A DNA stretch of 63,373 bases, filler included. It is 7 parts of 7 records of this genome, joined end to end, with 100 filler letters (N's around TTAATTAATTAA, not from the genome) between each part and the next. Parts side by side here need not be neighbours in the genome. Positions count along the whole stretch, not along the records: positions 26,771 to 38,473 come from SRR31147125_42425; positions 38,574 to 44,137 come from SRR31147125_42433; 5 more parts are not named here. One strand, 5' to 3'. Within the stretch, counting starts at the first letter, position 1, and each line of letters begins with the position of its first letter. The notes below the pieces were generated by a model. It had not been told where the DNA came from, searched no databases, and was given only the letters and a program-made list of their open reading frames with translations. The position numbers and the translations under genes are program-made. Positions 31,771 to 41,803 of the stretch are shown here, piece after piece.

Positions 31771-32501
31771 ATGCGTTACTTTACTTTTTTACTCCTATTC
31801 TTATCAGCAATAATAAGTCATGCCCAGCCAACAGCTGGAACTACAGGTTTGCTTAATATCCCCTCTGCAGAAATGCAAAGCGATGGAACAGTTATGGCAG
31901 GAGGCACTTATCTTCCTGTTTCTTTAACCCCCGATACATGGAGTTATAATACCGGAAACTATTACATAAACATCACTTTTTTACCCTTTCTGGAAGTAAG
32001 CTACCGAATGACGCTGATAAAAAATTCTTTAGCAGATAAATTCAACAATAGGATCGTTCATTTGCTGCCAGATTAAGAGTTTTAAAAGAAAAAGGAAATA
32101 CTCCAGCTGTAGTAATTGGAGGAAATGATTTGTACACAACTTCCGAAGCAGGAAATCAGTATTTTGGTAATGTATATGCAGTGGCAACAAAAAACCTTCA
32201 ACTACTTAACCAAAACTTTGGAATTACCCTTGGCTATTCTCCTGATATTAATAACACCAGTTACGCAACAGGTGTATTTGCAGGTTTATCTTATTCCCCA
32301 TCACAAAACATTCCCTTGCAATTTATAGCAGAATACGATACCAATTCGGCCGTAAATGCAGGAGCAACATGTAAACTTTTTAAACACCTGCAACTTTTTG
32401 CATTGCTTTACGATTTTAAAGATTTTGCAGGAGGTTTTGTTTTAACACTGGATTTGATAAAAGAAAAGAATAATTCCTATGCTCTTTCTAATATTCCATA
32501 A
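31771..32501 (+). CDS. YjbH-domain protein, frameshift at ~32049
   Basis: GTTGLLNIPSAEM...FLEVSYR; the shifted frame continues DRSFAARLRVLKE...VIGGND...IAEYD. Confidence 0.7.
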
Positions 32502-32510
32502 GCCCATCGA

Positions 32511-32780
32511 TTACGGATTAAACAAATCAGGATTCCAAAAATTGAGAATATTATTTATTAGTTCCAGATTATTTTTAGCTTCGGTATTTTCAGGTTCTAT
32601 TTTTAGCAATTTATTGTAAGCATTTATAGCTTCTCCCCAGTTCTGAAATTTTTGTTCAATCTTCCCTTTCAATAATAAATACTCGGGAGCATCTGTTACC
32701 ACAATGTTTTGTAGTTCGTTTTTGGCTTCCTCTACCCTATCCTTCGCCAATAAATCTTTAACTTTTTCAAGTCCTTCCAT
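32511..32780 (-). CDS. Small TPR protein
   Basis: LLKGKI...WGEAINAYNKLLKIEPENTEA. Confidence 0.8.
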   Translation of the reverse strand: MEGLEKVKDLLAKDRVEEAKNELQNIVVTDAPEYLLLKGKIEQKFQNWGEAINAYNKLLKIEPENTEAKNNLELINNILNFWNPDLFNP

Positions 32781-32838
32781 AATACATTTAATCTCGTTTT
32801 CTGGAATATATCTTCAAATCCATTAAACAGCTATCTTA

Positions 32839-35025
32839 TTATTTTTCTCCACGACTAACTGAAATTACTCCTTTAACCTTTTTCAGTTTGTGAATAAGAA
32901 ACTCTAAATGGTCGAGACTATAAACTAACACTTCCAACCTGCCCTCAAAATTTCCTTTATCACTTCCAATATTAATTGATCGCATTTGTGTACCAATATC
33001 TTTTGCAATTATATGCGATATCTCCGACACAATCCCCAACTCATCAGTTCCGGAGACATGTAAGGTTGTTAAAAACGAGCTACGGGTTGTTGTGTCGCGC
33101 CAAACAGTACGTATTACACGATACGGGAAACGTTCTTTCATTTGAGGCGCATTAGGACATGAGTTACGATGAATCTTAATTCCTTCATTAATGGTTACAA
33201 AACCAAAAATATCATCGCCAAACACCGGATTACAACACTTCGCAAGTTTGTAGTTAATATTTTTAAGATCATTATCAATTACAAGAAAATCTTCTCCCGA
33301 TTCGTAAGTCAACTCCTTAACCTGATTCTGCGGCAATGCTTCTTCAACGGTTTTCTTTGCCGTTTCTTCTTCCTTTTCAACAAACAAAGACTTAATCTCC
33401 AGCGGTTCAATTTTTCCAATTGCCACATCGTAGTATAAATCTACAGCCAGTTTAAAACCGAAATGTTTCAGCATTTTCCTGATGGCATCATCGCCTAGTT
33501 CGAGCTTCCAGTTTTTAAATTTGCGAAGGATTATTTCGCGGCCCTGGGCAGCCTGTGTATTACGTTCTTCGTTAAGACTGGCTTTTACACGGTTTTTAGC
33601 TTTTGTAGTTACCACAAAATCGAGCCAGTCTATTTTTGGTTTCTGGTTGTTCGAGGTGTTTATTGAAATCTGGTCGCCGTTATGAAGCTTATATTTCAGT
33701 GTAACATTCTTTCCGTTTACTTGCCCGCCATTACATGTGTCGCCAAGTTTAGAATGAATCTCGTATGCAAAATCGAGTAATGTGGCCCCTTTTTGTAATT
33801 TTTTCAGATCGCCTTTAGGTGTGAATACAAAAATCTCGTCGCTGTATACATCTGTATTAAATTGATCAATAAAATCAACGACATTCATTTCCGGTTTTTC
33901 CAGAATATCTCTTATTCCGGCAAGCCAATTATCGAAACCCGAAGTTTTTCCTCCTTTGTATTTCCAGTGAGCTGCCAGGCCTTTTTCTGCAACTTCATCC
34001 ATTCTCCGGGTTCGGATTTGTATTTCCACCCACTTTTTATGAGGCCCCATAACCGTGGTATGTAACGATTCGTATCCATTCGATTTTGGAATAGTTATCC
34101 AGTCGCGAAGACGCTTTGTATTGGTTTGGTATTCCTCTGTTACAAAAGAGTAAGCAAGCCAACAATCTGCTTTTTCATCCAATGGTTTCGAATCGAGAAT
34201 AATACGAATGGCAAATAAATCCATAACTTCATCAAACGATACATTCTTTTTCTGCATCTTGGTATTTATTGATGAAATAGATTTTGTTCGGGCCTTCATC
34301 GAGAATTTCAATCCTCGTTTTTCTAATTTCTTTTCAATAGGTTTTACAAACTCAGCCACAAAATTTGCTCTTTCGCGTTCCGTTTCTTTCAAACGGTTAA
34401 CCACATATTCATACTGCTCAGGTTTCTGATATTTAAGACTGATATCGAGCATTTCTGAATTAATATTGTATAATCCCAGCCGGTGAGCCAAAGGTGCATA
34501 TAAATACAAGGTTTCGTTAATCAGCTTAACACGGGCCTTTTCGTTGTACATGTCCAGGCTTCGCATAACCTGAAGACGGTCGGCAATTTTAATAAGAATA
34601 ACCCTTACATCGCCGGCCAGGGCAAGCATTAATTTGCGATAGTTTTCCGAATGTAAACCAATAGTATCCGTTCCTAATGCATTAATCTTTGCCATGCCTT
34701 CCAAAATGGAACAAATCCGCTCACCAAAGTTCTCCTCAATTTCTTTATGGGTAGCTTTTTTCTCAAGTCCGGCATACATTACGTTATGCAATAATCCTGT
34801 AATTACTGAATCTGGCTCAAGGCCAATTTCCATGGCTACAATTGATGCAACATCGAGCGAGTGGTTTAATATAACCTCACCGTGCGAGAAACTTAACTCT
34901 CCTAATAATGATTGTGCGAAAGCAAATGCATTTTCAAGTTTCAGGTTCGAGGCGTCATCCCATGTTAACTGGCAAAACTCTTTTAAATGTTCATATCGTG
35001 TTCGAATATGTTCTATTGATTCCAT
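32839..35025 (-). CDS. Long RelA/SpoT homologue (HD-SYNTH-TGS-ZFD-ACT)
   Basis: YAPLAHRLG, DLFAIR, GYESLHTTV, EIQIRT, FTPKG, AKCCNP; the HD site reads HN. Confidence 0.93.
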   Translation of the reverse strand: MESIEHIRTRYEHLKEFCQLTWDDASNLKLENAFAFAQSLLGELSFSHGEVILNHSLDVASIVAMEIGLEPDSVITGLLHNVMYAGLEKKATHKEIEENFGERICSILEGMAKINALGTDTIGLHSENYRKLMLALAGDVRVILIKIADRLQVMRSLDMYNEKARVKLINETLYLYAPLAHRLGLYNINSEMLDISLKYQKPEQYEYVVNRLKETERERANFVAEFVKPIEKKLEKRGLKFSMKARTKSISSINTKMQKKNVSFDEVMDLFAIRIILDSKPLDEKADCWLAYSFVTEEYQTNTKRLRDWITIPKSNGYESLHTTVMGPHKKWVEIQIRTRRMDEVAEKGLAAHWKYKGGKTSGFDNWLAGIRDILEKPEMNVVDFIDQFNTDVYSDEIFVFTPKGDLKKLQKGATLLDFAYEIHSKLGDTCNGGQVNGKNVTLKYKLHNGDQISINTSNNQKPKIDWLDFVVTTKAKNRVKASLNEERNTQAAQGREIILRKFKNWKLELGDDAIRKMLKHFGFKLAVDLYYDVAIGKIEPLEIKSLFVEKEEETAKKTVEEALPQNQVKELTYESGEDFLVIDNDLKNINYKLAKCCNPVFGDDIFGFVTINEGIKIHRNSCPNAPQMKERFPYRVIRTVWRDTTTRSSFLTTLHVSGTDELGIVSEISHIIAKDIGTQMRSINIGSDKGNFEGRLEVLVYSLDHLEFLIHKLKKVKGVISVSRGEK

Positions 35026-35125
35026 TATACTTGTTGTTATTGCATAGAACGTTAAGTTCTTTATTGCATAAATAAAATTTAAAACACAATATTACTCGTT
35101 CTGTTTTAAATTGAAATAGGGTAAT

Positions 35126-35156
35126 AAAAAAAGGCTGCAAACAGCAGCCTTTTTTA
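35126..35156 (-). terminator. Intrinsic terminator of ferritin gene
   Basis: AAAAAAAGGCTGC...GCAGCCTTTTTT. Confidence 0.7.
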
Positions 35157-35179
35157 TTCTATAGTTTATAAATAAAATT

Positions 35180-35691
35180 CTATTCGGCTGCAGTTTCGTC
35201 AACAAAGACACGGTCGCGTAATTGACGGTCGAGCATAAAAATACCATTTCCCTGCCCATTAATAAGCCTAAGTGTATCTAAAATTTCGCTTACATTAGCT
35301 TCTTCTTCCACTTGCTCGTCAATAAACCACTTCAAAAAACTCTGAGTTGCATAATCACTTTCGCTAACAGCAACATCCATCAAACCATTAATAAGGCTTG
35401 TAACATGTTGTTCGTGTTCTAAAGTTTTTTCAACTACATCTAAAACACCATCAAATTCTGTTGGCATTTGCTCAATGGCTTTTAACTCAACTTTTTCTCC
35501 TCGTTCAGTTACATAATTAAAAAATTTGTTGGCATGCGTAAGCTCTTATAGTACTGAATATACATCCAGTTCGCAAAACCTGGCAAACCTTTTTCGCTGC
35601 AATATGCTGACATAGAAAGATATAACAAAGCAGAGTACTGTTCTGCATTAATTTGCTCATTTATAGCCTCAAGCATTTTTTCTTTTAACAT
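35180..35691 (-). CDS. ftnA: Non-heme ferritin, frameshift at ~35547
   Basis: INEQINAEQYS..LYLSMS; restored EELTHANKF; HEQHVT; FLKWFIDEQVEEE. Confidence 0.9.
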
Positions 35692-35916
35692 GATTCTTGT
35701 GTTTTAATTTTTGTTTGGTTAAAAGTAGAAAAAAGCGAAGATATATAAAAAGGAATATCCCGGTTTTAAGCCTTTCTTAACTAAGAAAAAGTTGATTATC
35801 CATAGAGCAAATCTATTCCAACCTTTAGCCTAAACAATACATTTCGTATGTAATCGGTTAAACTACACCTTACTAGCTACACTAAAAACACTTACACAAA
35901 ATTGGTATTCCCGAAG

Positions 35917-36921
35917 TCAGGTAATCAGCAAATGTGTTTTACTAAACAAAAAAACGGCCTCCATTATATTTTCAGCCTTTGCTTTTCGAATAATATTAGA
36001 TCGATGTTTTTCCACAGTACGTTCTGAAATACCAAGACGCTCAGCCATTTGTTTTACAGGACAACCTGTTGCCGAAAGTTGTAAAATCTGTTGTTCGCGT
36101 GAAGTAAGTATATTGGGATTCAAGAGCTCTTCTTCTTTAGGAGAATCTGTAGCCATACTAATAAAAGCAGGTCCCTTTTGGGATGAATCCTTCGTTGGAA
36201 TTAAAACACCTATTATTTTTGTGGAGCTCATTCTTTTTGTTGAAGAACAATACAAATCGTAATATTCTTTGTTATCTCCTTTTATTCCAACATTATAAAA
36301 TATTGAAGCTTCTGATAAACCATTTAAAAAACGAACAAACCTTAATTCATCATCTTCATCCGTGCGAAACTCAAATACTTCATTCAAATAAAATGTTCCA
36401 TTATGATTTGTACAACCTTGCACCAAGTCTTCGAAACTTTCATTTGTTTCTACTATTTTTTTACTATCTGCAACAAAAATACCATATGGTAACAGCTTGC
36501 AAACCGAATTAAACTTTAGTAAATCATTCGTTTTTCGTGCGTAGTTTTTCGAGCATTCTTTTATAATAATCTTTCCAATCCTATCTCCATCGTAAGGAGG
36601 GAAAATAAAACTGTCGATTCCCAGTTCAATTCCAACTAACAGCTCGTTTTTTCTGAAAAAATTAAAAATAACAATGTATGGTATTTCATTATTTAAGAAA
36701 TCTTTGTTTAAAATATTGAATACTTGAAAGCCATTTAAATCATTTAATTCGAAGAAACTTAAAATAATATCGGGTCTTTCGTTTATAATATTATGAATTG
36801 CCGATTCAATATTTGTCGCAATAATTAAATCGAATCCCTGCGCTTTTAAAATATCATGAATCAGATTACCGGAAATCTTCGTTCCTTTTATAAGTAATAT
36901 TTTTATGTCGGAAGCTACCAT
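35917..36921 (-). CDS. Atypical receiver-PAS-like-LuxR HTH regulator
   Basis: Receiver-like N-terminus (PDIIL..NGF), C-terminal LTSREQQIL...ISERTVEKHRSNI. Confidence 0.8.
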   Translation of the reverse strand: MVASDIKILLIKGTKISGNLIHDILKAQGFDLIIATNIESAIHNIINERPDIILSFFELNDLNGFQVFNILNKDFLNNEIPYIVIFNFFRKNELLVGIELGIDSFIFPPYDGDRIGKIIIKECSKNYARKTNDLLKFNSVCKLLPYGIFVADSKKIVETNESFEDLVQGCTNHNGTFYLNEVFEFRTDEDDELRFVRFLNGLSEASIFYNVGIKGDNKEYYDLYCSSTKRMSSTKIIGVLIPTKDSSQKGPAFISMATDSPKEEELLNPNILTSREQQILQLSATGCPVKQMAERLGISERTVEKHRSNIIRKAKAENIMEAVFLFSKTHLLIT

Positions 36922-37264
36922 GCTGATTCTCTGTTCAAAATTTAAGTATACAATTTACGAAATTATCAATTACAAATCCACATACTTACAGACATTTAAC
37001 AAACAATTAGTAATACACTAAAACTATTATTATGCAAAAGAAATCCTTGTAATATCCGCTAATAATCCAAACAAGAAGAGTAAAAGAGATTCTAAAATCC
37101 AATAAAAATTCATCTTTAAACGCAAACCAACACTCCAACTATTAACAAATACTTTACAAATCAAATCGAACAAGAAATAATAATATTCGAATAACCTACA
37201 GGCTTAATAAATGTTTATCTTTGCGCTCCTAAATTTAAGAGGAAGAATAAAAATCCGATAAAAC

Positions 37265-38473
37265 ATGAAAAATATTAAGTACGTATCACCGGAAGAAGCT
37301 GTTAAAGTTATTAAAACAGGCGACCGCGTTCATTTAAGTAGTGTAGCAGTAACACCACACACTCTTATTAAACCAATGGTTGAGCGAGGACGAAACAAAG
37401 AATTTCACAATGTAAAAATTCAACACATTCACGTAGAAGGTCAGGTTGACTATGCTAATCCTGAATTTGAAGGAATTTTTGTACCAGAACAATTTTTTGT
37501 TGGCGGAAACCTTAGAAAACAAACTCAGGCCGGTTATGCCGATTACATTCCAATTTTCTTAAGTGAAACACAACGTTTAATCCGTAAAGGATACTTAAAA
37601 GTAAACGTTGCTCTTATTATGGTATCGGTACCAGACAAACACGGTTTTGTGTCTCTGGGAACTTCGGTTGATGCTACTTTAGCTGCCATTGAAAGCGCAG
37701 ACACTGTAATTGCTGCTGTTAACCCTAATGTACCACGTGCCTGGGGTGATGCAATGATTCCTGTTGAAGATATTGATATTTTTGTAGAGGATGACATTCC
37801 ATTATATACACACGATTTGGCGCCACTTTCGGAGATGGATACTACCATTGGTAAAAACGTAGCCGAACTAATAGATGACGGAGCTTGTTTACAAATGGGT
37901 ATTGGAGGTATTCCTAACGCTGTTTTAGCACAATTAGGAAACCACAAAGACCTTGGTGTACACACCGAAATGTTTGCCGACGGAATTCTTCCTTTAGTAG
38001 AAAAAGGAGTTGTTACCGGTAAACACAAGAAAACCGACAAAGGTAAAATGGTTGCATCGTTCCTTATGGGTTCGCAAGCACTTTACGACTTTGTTGATGA
38101 TAACCCACGTGTTGCAATGATGGATGTTGCACATACCAACCACGTTCATATGATTCGTAAGAACGACAAGGTAACTGCAATTAACTCTGCATTAGCTATC
38201 GACCTAACTGGTCAGGTTTGTGCCGACTCAATTGGTATTACTCACTACTCGGGTGTTGGTGGACAAATCGACTTTATCCGTGGTGCAGGTCACTCTAAAA
38301 AGGGCAAGCCAATTATTGCACTTCCATCGGTAACAGCAAAAGGTATTTCTAAAATCAGCCCAACCCTTATTTCGGGTTCTGGTGTTGTAACAACTCGCGC
38401 AAACATGCATTGGGTTGTAACAGAATATGGTGCAGTTAACTTATATGGTAAAACACTTCAGGAAAGGGCAAAA
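37265..38473 (+). CDS. Acetyl-CoA hydrolase/transferase (4-hydroxybutyrate CoA-transferase-like), cut by contig end
   Basis: LQMGIGGIP, HTEM, SGVGGQIDF, VVTEYG. Confidence 0.9.
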
Positions 38474-38573
38474 NNNNNNNNNNNNNNNNNNNNNNNNNNN
38501 NNNNNNNNNNNNNNNNNTTAATTAATTAANNNNNNNNNNNNNNNNNNNNNNNNNNNNNNNNNNNNNNNNNNNN
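38474..38573. other. Artificial contig linker
   Basis: N44-TTAATTAATTAA-N44. Confidence 0.98.
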
Positions 38574-38720
38574 GGGGGCTGGGGGGTGAGGTAAATGGAC
38601 AAGCTATTAAAGACCGATTCCTTAAAGTCCTAATCAATCTGTATCCTCCTTATCTTTTGGCCGTTGTATCTGTCTTTTCCTTCTCTGTCGGGCAATCAAA
38701 CGGTTAACAAGGGTGGTGCC

Positions 38721-38999
38721 ATGAAATTTTCATCGTTTTTGGTCTGGAAACTATTACTTCCATTTGTTGTCGTTGCTGCCGTATTCTTATCAATTTCCCT
38801 TTTCAAAGGACTTCAAGGGACGCCACTATCGCTACTGGCATTTGTCCCCGGTGTCATGGGGATTGGATTTCTCTTTTGGTTTCCCGGTCAATATGGGTAT
38901 TGTCCCAACTGTCATGAGCGTATGGGGAAAAATATCGGAAAAGTCTGCAGGTTTTGCGGCCATGAATATCGTCGAGATGACATTATCAATAGAAGATAG
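38721..38999 (+). CDS. Small 2-TM protein with C-terminal zinc ribbon
   Basis: Two hydrophobic segments, then CPNC-x10-CRFC. Confidence 0.6.
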   Translation: MKFSSFLVWKLLLPFVVVAAVFLSISLFKGLQGTPLSLLAFVPGVMGIGFLFWFPGQYGYCPNCHERMGKNIGKVCRFCGHEYRRDDIINRR

Positions 39000-39047
39000 A
39001 GAAGGAACAATAGTAGCAAAGGGTAAAGGGTTGATAAAGAGGTAATA

Positions 39048-39674
39048 ATGACTGAATTCATCACCATGGGAACCGTATTGGGGCTGTCGGCAGGGTTGGC
39101 ACCCGGTCCGCTACTCACCCTTGTGATCTCGGAAACCCTTCGGCACGATATTCGATCCGGGATCAAAGTGGCGCTCTCTCCTCTGATCACCGATCTGCCC
39201 ATCATCATCCTCACTGTGGCTGTTTTGTCCAAACTGGCGCATTCCAACAACATTCTCGGAGTGATTTCCCTGATTGGCGGATGCGTGGTTTTTCACATGG
39301 GGTATGAGAGCATGACTCCCGCAACGGAAGAGGCCGGCATGTCGGATGAAGTCCCTAAATCCCTACTCAAGGGGGTGCTGGCCAATGTGTTGAGTCCCCA
39401 TCCCTATCTTTTCTGGCTCAGTGTTGGAGCGCCCATGATCGGGAAGGCCGTGAAATCAAGCGTCGCATCTCCGTTTTTGTTTGTCGGCAGCTTCTATATA
39501 TTTCTGGTGGGTTCAAAAATTGTTTTGGCGTTATTAGTCGGCCGATCCAAGTCTGTTCTGACCGGAAAGTTATATCGAACCACCATGCGGTTATTGGGCG
39601 GTGCGCTGTGTCTTTTAGCACTTTTTCTCTTTCGAGACGGGTTGACGTTGCTGGAAATCATCAGCTCTCAATAG
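39048..39674 (+). CDS. LysE-family translocator
   Basis: GLAPGPLL...ETL, SPLITD, NVLSPHPYLFW. Confidence 0.88.
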   Translation: MTEFITMGTVLGLSAGLAPGPLLTLVISETLRHDIRSGIKVALSPLITDLPIIILTVAVLSKLAHSNNILGVISLIGGCVVFHMGYESMTPATEEAGMSDEVPKSLLKGVLANVLSPHPYLFWLSVGAPMIGKAVKSSVASPFLFVGSFYIFLVGSKIVLALLVGRSKSVLTGKLYRTTMRLLGGALCLLALFLFRDGLTLLEIISSQ

Positions 39675-39890
39675 CTCTCCAAATGTATTGATTCTATTCA
39701 TACATGAACGCGTTTGTTTCACCCGGGATGTCGGCTTTTCCTGATGTTGTTCCAGCGATCCGGCGGCCATGCCCGTCATGTGGACGGTGGCGAAACCGTC
39801 TCCTTTGAAATTATGCTTTTGCGGTATGTCCGTGTGTTTGTTCTGATGCTTGACTTTACGGTTAAGATGATGATAGTGAAGCCTTCAAAA

Positions 39891-39910
39891 TTTAAGCATG
39901 AATGCTTAAA
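39891..39910. promoter_or_regulatory. Perfect palindrome (candidate operator) just downstream of a TTGACT..GATAGT promoter
   Basis: TTTAAGCAT-GA-ATGCTTAAA; TTGACT at 39850. Confidence 0.55.
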
Positions 39911-40091
39911 CTCGACGCCTGAGGCGTTTTTTTTTAAAGCAACATAGAAAAAAGACATAGTTAAAATAAAACCACGAAGGTATTCCGTATAACCCCTGTC
40001 CATGTGCAGGCCGGGGTGGCGTGCCTTCGTGTTTTTTTTGCCCGCAGGCGTTGAAGAAAAACCGGAATACACAACATTTTAAGGAGATTAG

Positions 40092-41714
40092 TTGATAATG
40101 AAACAGTTTGCCGCTTTACTAAAACAAATGGGCGTCGTTTCCTTCCTGGGACTGGCAATCCCGGCCCTGATCATGACAATGACCTTGGCTTTTACCGCTA
40201 CAGAAGTCAAGGCTTCCACTCTCAACCAGCTGGTCTATGCCAGCACCAAGGACATCCGTGATATCAATCCCCACCTTTACAGGGGGGAGATGGCGGCCCA
40301 GAACATGGTCTTCGAACCCCTGGTATTCAACACGCTGGAAGGACTCAAGCCCGCCCTGGCCGAATCCTGGGAAATTTCCCCGGACGGCAAAGTCTATACC
40401 TTCCACTTGAGAAAAGGGGTTACCTTCACCGACGGCGCCCCCTTCAACGCCGAGGCGGTCAAGTTGAACATCGACGCCGTGGAAGCCAACAAGCCGCGTC
40501 ACGCCTGGCTGGAACTGGTCAACCAGATCGACAAGACCGAGGCCGTTGATGAACTGACCTTTAGGCTGACCCTGAAAAACCCCTACTATCCTACTCTGGT
40601 GGAGCTGGCCCTGACCCGCCCTTTCCGTTTCATCTCCCCCAACTGCTTTATCAACGGAGCCACCAAGGACGGGGTAAACGGCTATATCGGCACCGGCCCC
40701 TGGGTATTGTCCGAGCATAAACCCAATCAGTATGCCGTTTTTACCGCCAATAAAGAGTATTGGGGAGCGACACCTCAAATTGCCTCCATCAAGTGGAAGA
40801 GCATGCCCGATCACCAGACCATTCTTCTGGCCCTTCAGAAGGGGGAGGTTCACCTGCTCTTCGGTGCCGACGGCGACATGATCGACCTGGATTCCTTCAA
40901 AGCCCTTGAAGCCCGGGGCAGATACCAGACCCTGATCAGCCATCCCATTGCCTCCAGGGCCATTTTGCTCAACGCCCACCAGCCCATCACCAAGGATCCC
41001 ATTGTGCGAAAGGCCTTTGAATACGTGGTGGACAAGGCGTCCATTGCCCAGGGCATTCTCAACGGATCGGAAGCCGTTGCCCAGACCCTGATGTCCCCCA
41101 ACGTGCCCTACTGCAACGTGGGCCTTACACCTTACTTTTTTGATCCTGAAAAGGGAAAAGCCCTTCTGAAGCAGGCCGGCTGGGAAATGGGTAAGGACGG
41201 GTACCGCCACAAAGAGGGCAAGCTCTGCGAATTGACGATCTACTTCAATTCCAAAAACAGCCAGGAGAGGACCATCTCCGAGTTCATCCAAAGCAATTTG
41301 AAAGACGTGGGCGTAAAACTCAACATCGTGGGTGAAGAAAAACAGGCCTTTCTGGACCGTCAGAGATCCGGAAAATTCGACCTGCAGTATTCCCTCTCAT
41401 GGGGAATCCCCTACGACCCTCAGTCCTACGTCTCATCCTGGCGGATTCCGGCCCACGGCGACTACCAGGCCCAGATGGGACTGGAAAAGAAAGCGTGGCT
41501 GGATAAGACCGTCAGCGATCTGCTCATCGAGCCGGACAGGGTAAAGCGAGAACAGATGTACAAAGAGGTGTTGACCTATATCCACGATTCCTGTGTCTAT
41601 ATTCCTCTGACCTTCTCCCGGACCAAATCCGTGGCGGTAAAGGGGCTCAAAGGCGTGAGTTTTTCTCCTTCCCAATATGAAATCCCCTTTGAGAAGATGT
41701 ACTTTGTAAACTAA
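40092..41714 (+). CDS. nikA: Nickel/metallophore ABC transporter substrate-binding protein (NikA/CntA-like)
   Basis: KDIRDINPHLY.GEMAAQNMVFEPLV, RHAWL, RPFRF, GTGPW, SWG.PYDP. Confidence 0.88.
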   Translation: MIMKQFAALLKQMGVVSFLGLAIPALIMTMTLAFTATEVKASTLNQLVYASTKDIRDINPHLYRGEMAAQNMVFEPLVFNTLEGLKPALAESWEISPDGKVYTFHLRKGVTFTDGAPFNAEAVKLNIDAVEANKPRHAWLELVNQIDKTEAVDELTFRLTLKNPYYPTLVELALTRPFRFISPNCFINGATKDGVNGYIGTGPWVLSEHKPNQYAVFTANKEYWGATPQIASIKWKSMPDHQTILLALQKGEVHLLFGADGDMIDLDSFKALEARGRYQTLISHPIASRAILLNAHQPITKDPIVRKAFEYVVDKASIAQGILNGSEAVAQTLMSPNVPYCNVGLTPYFFDPEKGKALLKQAGWEMGKDGYRHKEGKLCELTIYFNSKNSQERTISEFIQSNLKDVGVKLNIVGEEKQAFLDRQRSGKFDLQYSLSWGIPYDPQSYVSSWRIPAHGDYQAQMGLEKKAWLDKTVSDLLIEPDRVKREQMYKEVLTYIHDSCVYIPLTFSRTKSVAVKGLKGVSFSPSQYEIPFEKMYFVN

Positions 41715-41803
41715 TCTGAAACCGTCAACGCTCCTTCTTACTTAAATTAAAGAGTCGGAAGGGGCGTTTAAAAAAATAGGACCGAATCCGGTACTGGTAT
41801 ATT

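Noticed and set aside
39980-40020. Purine, NiCo or T-box riboswitch in the nikA leader
   Set aside because: Only short coincidental words match (CGTATAA, GCAGGC, GGTGG); the other required conserved elements are missing. Kept instead as an unassigned structure.
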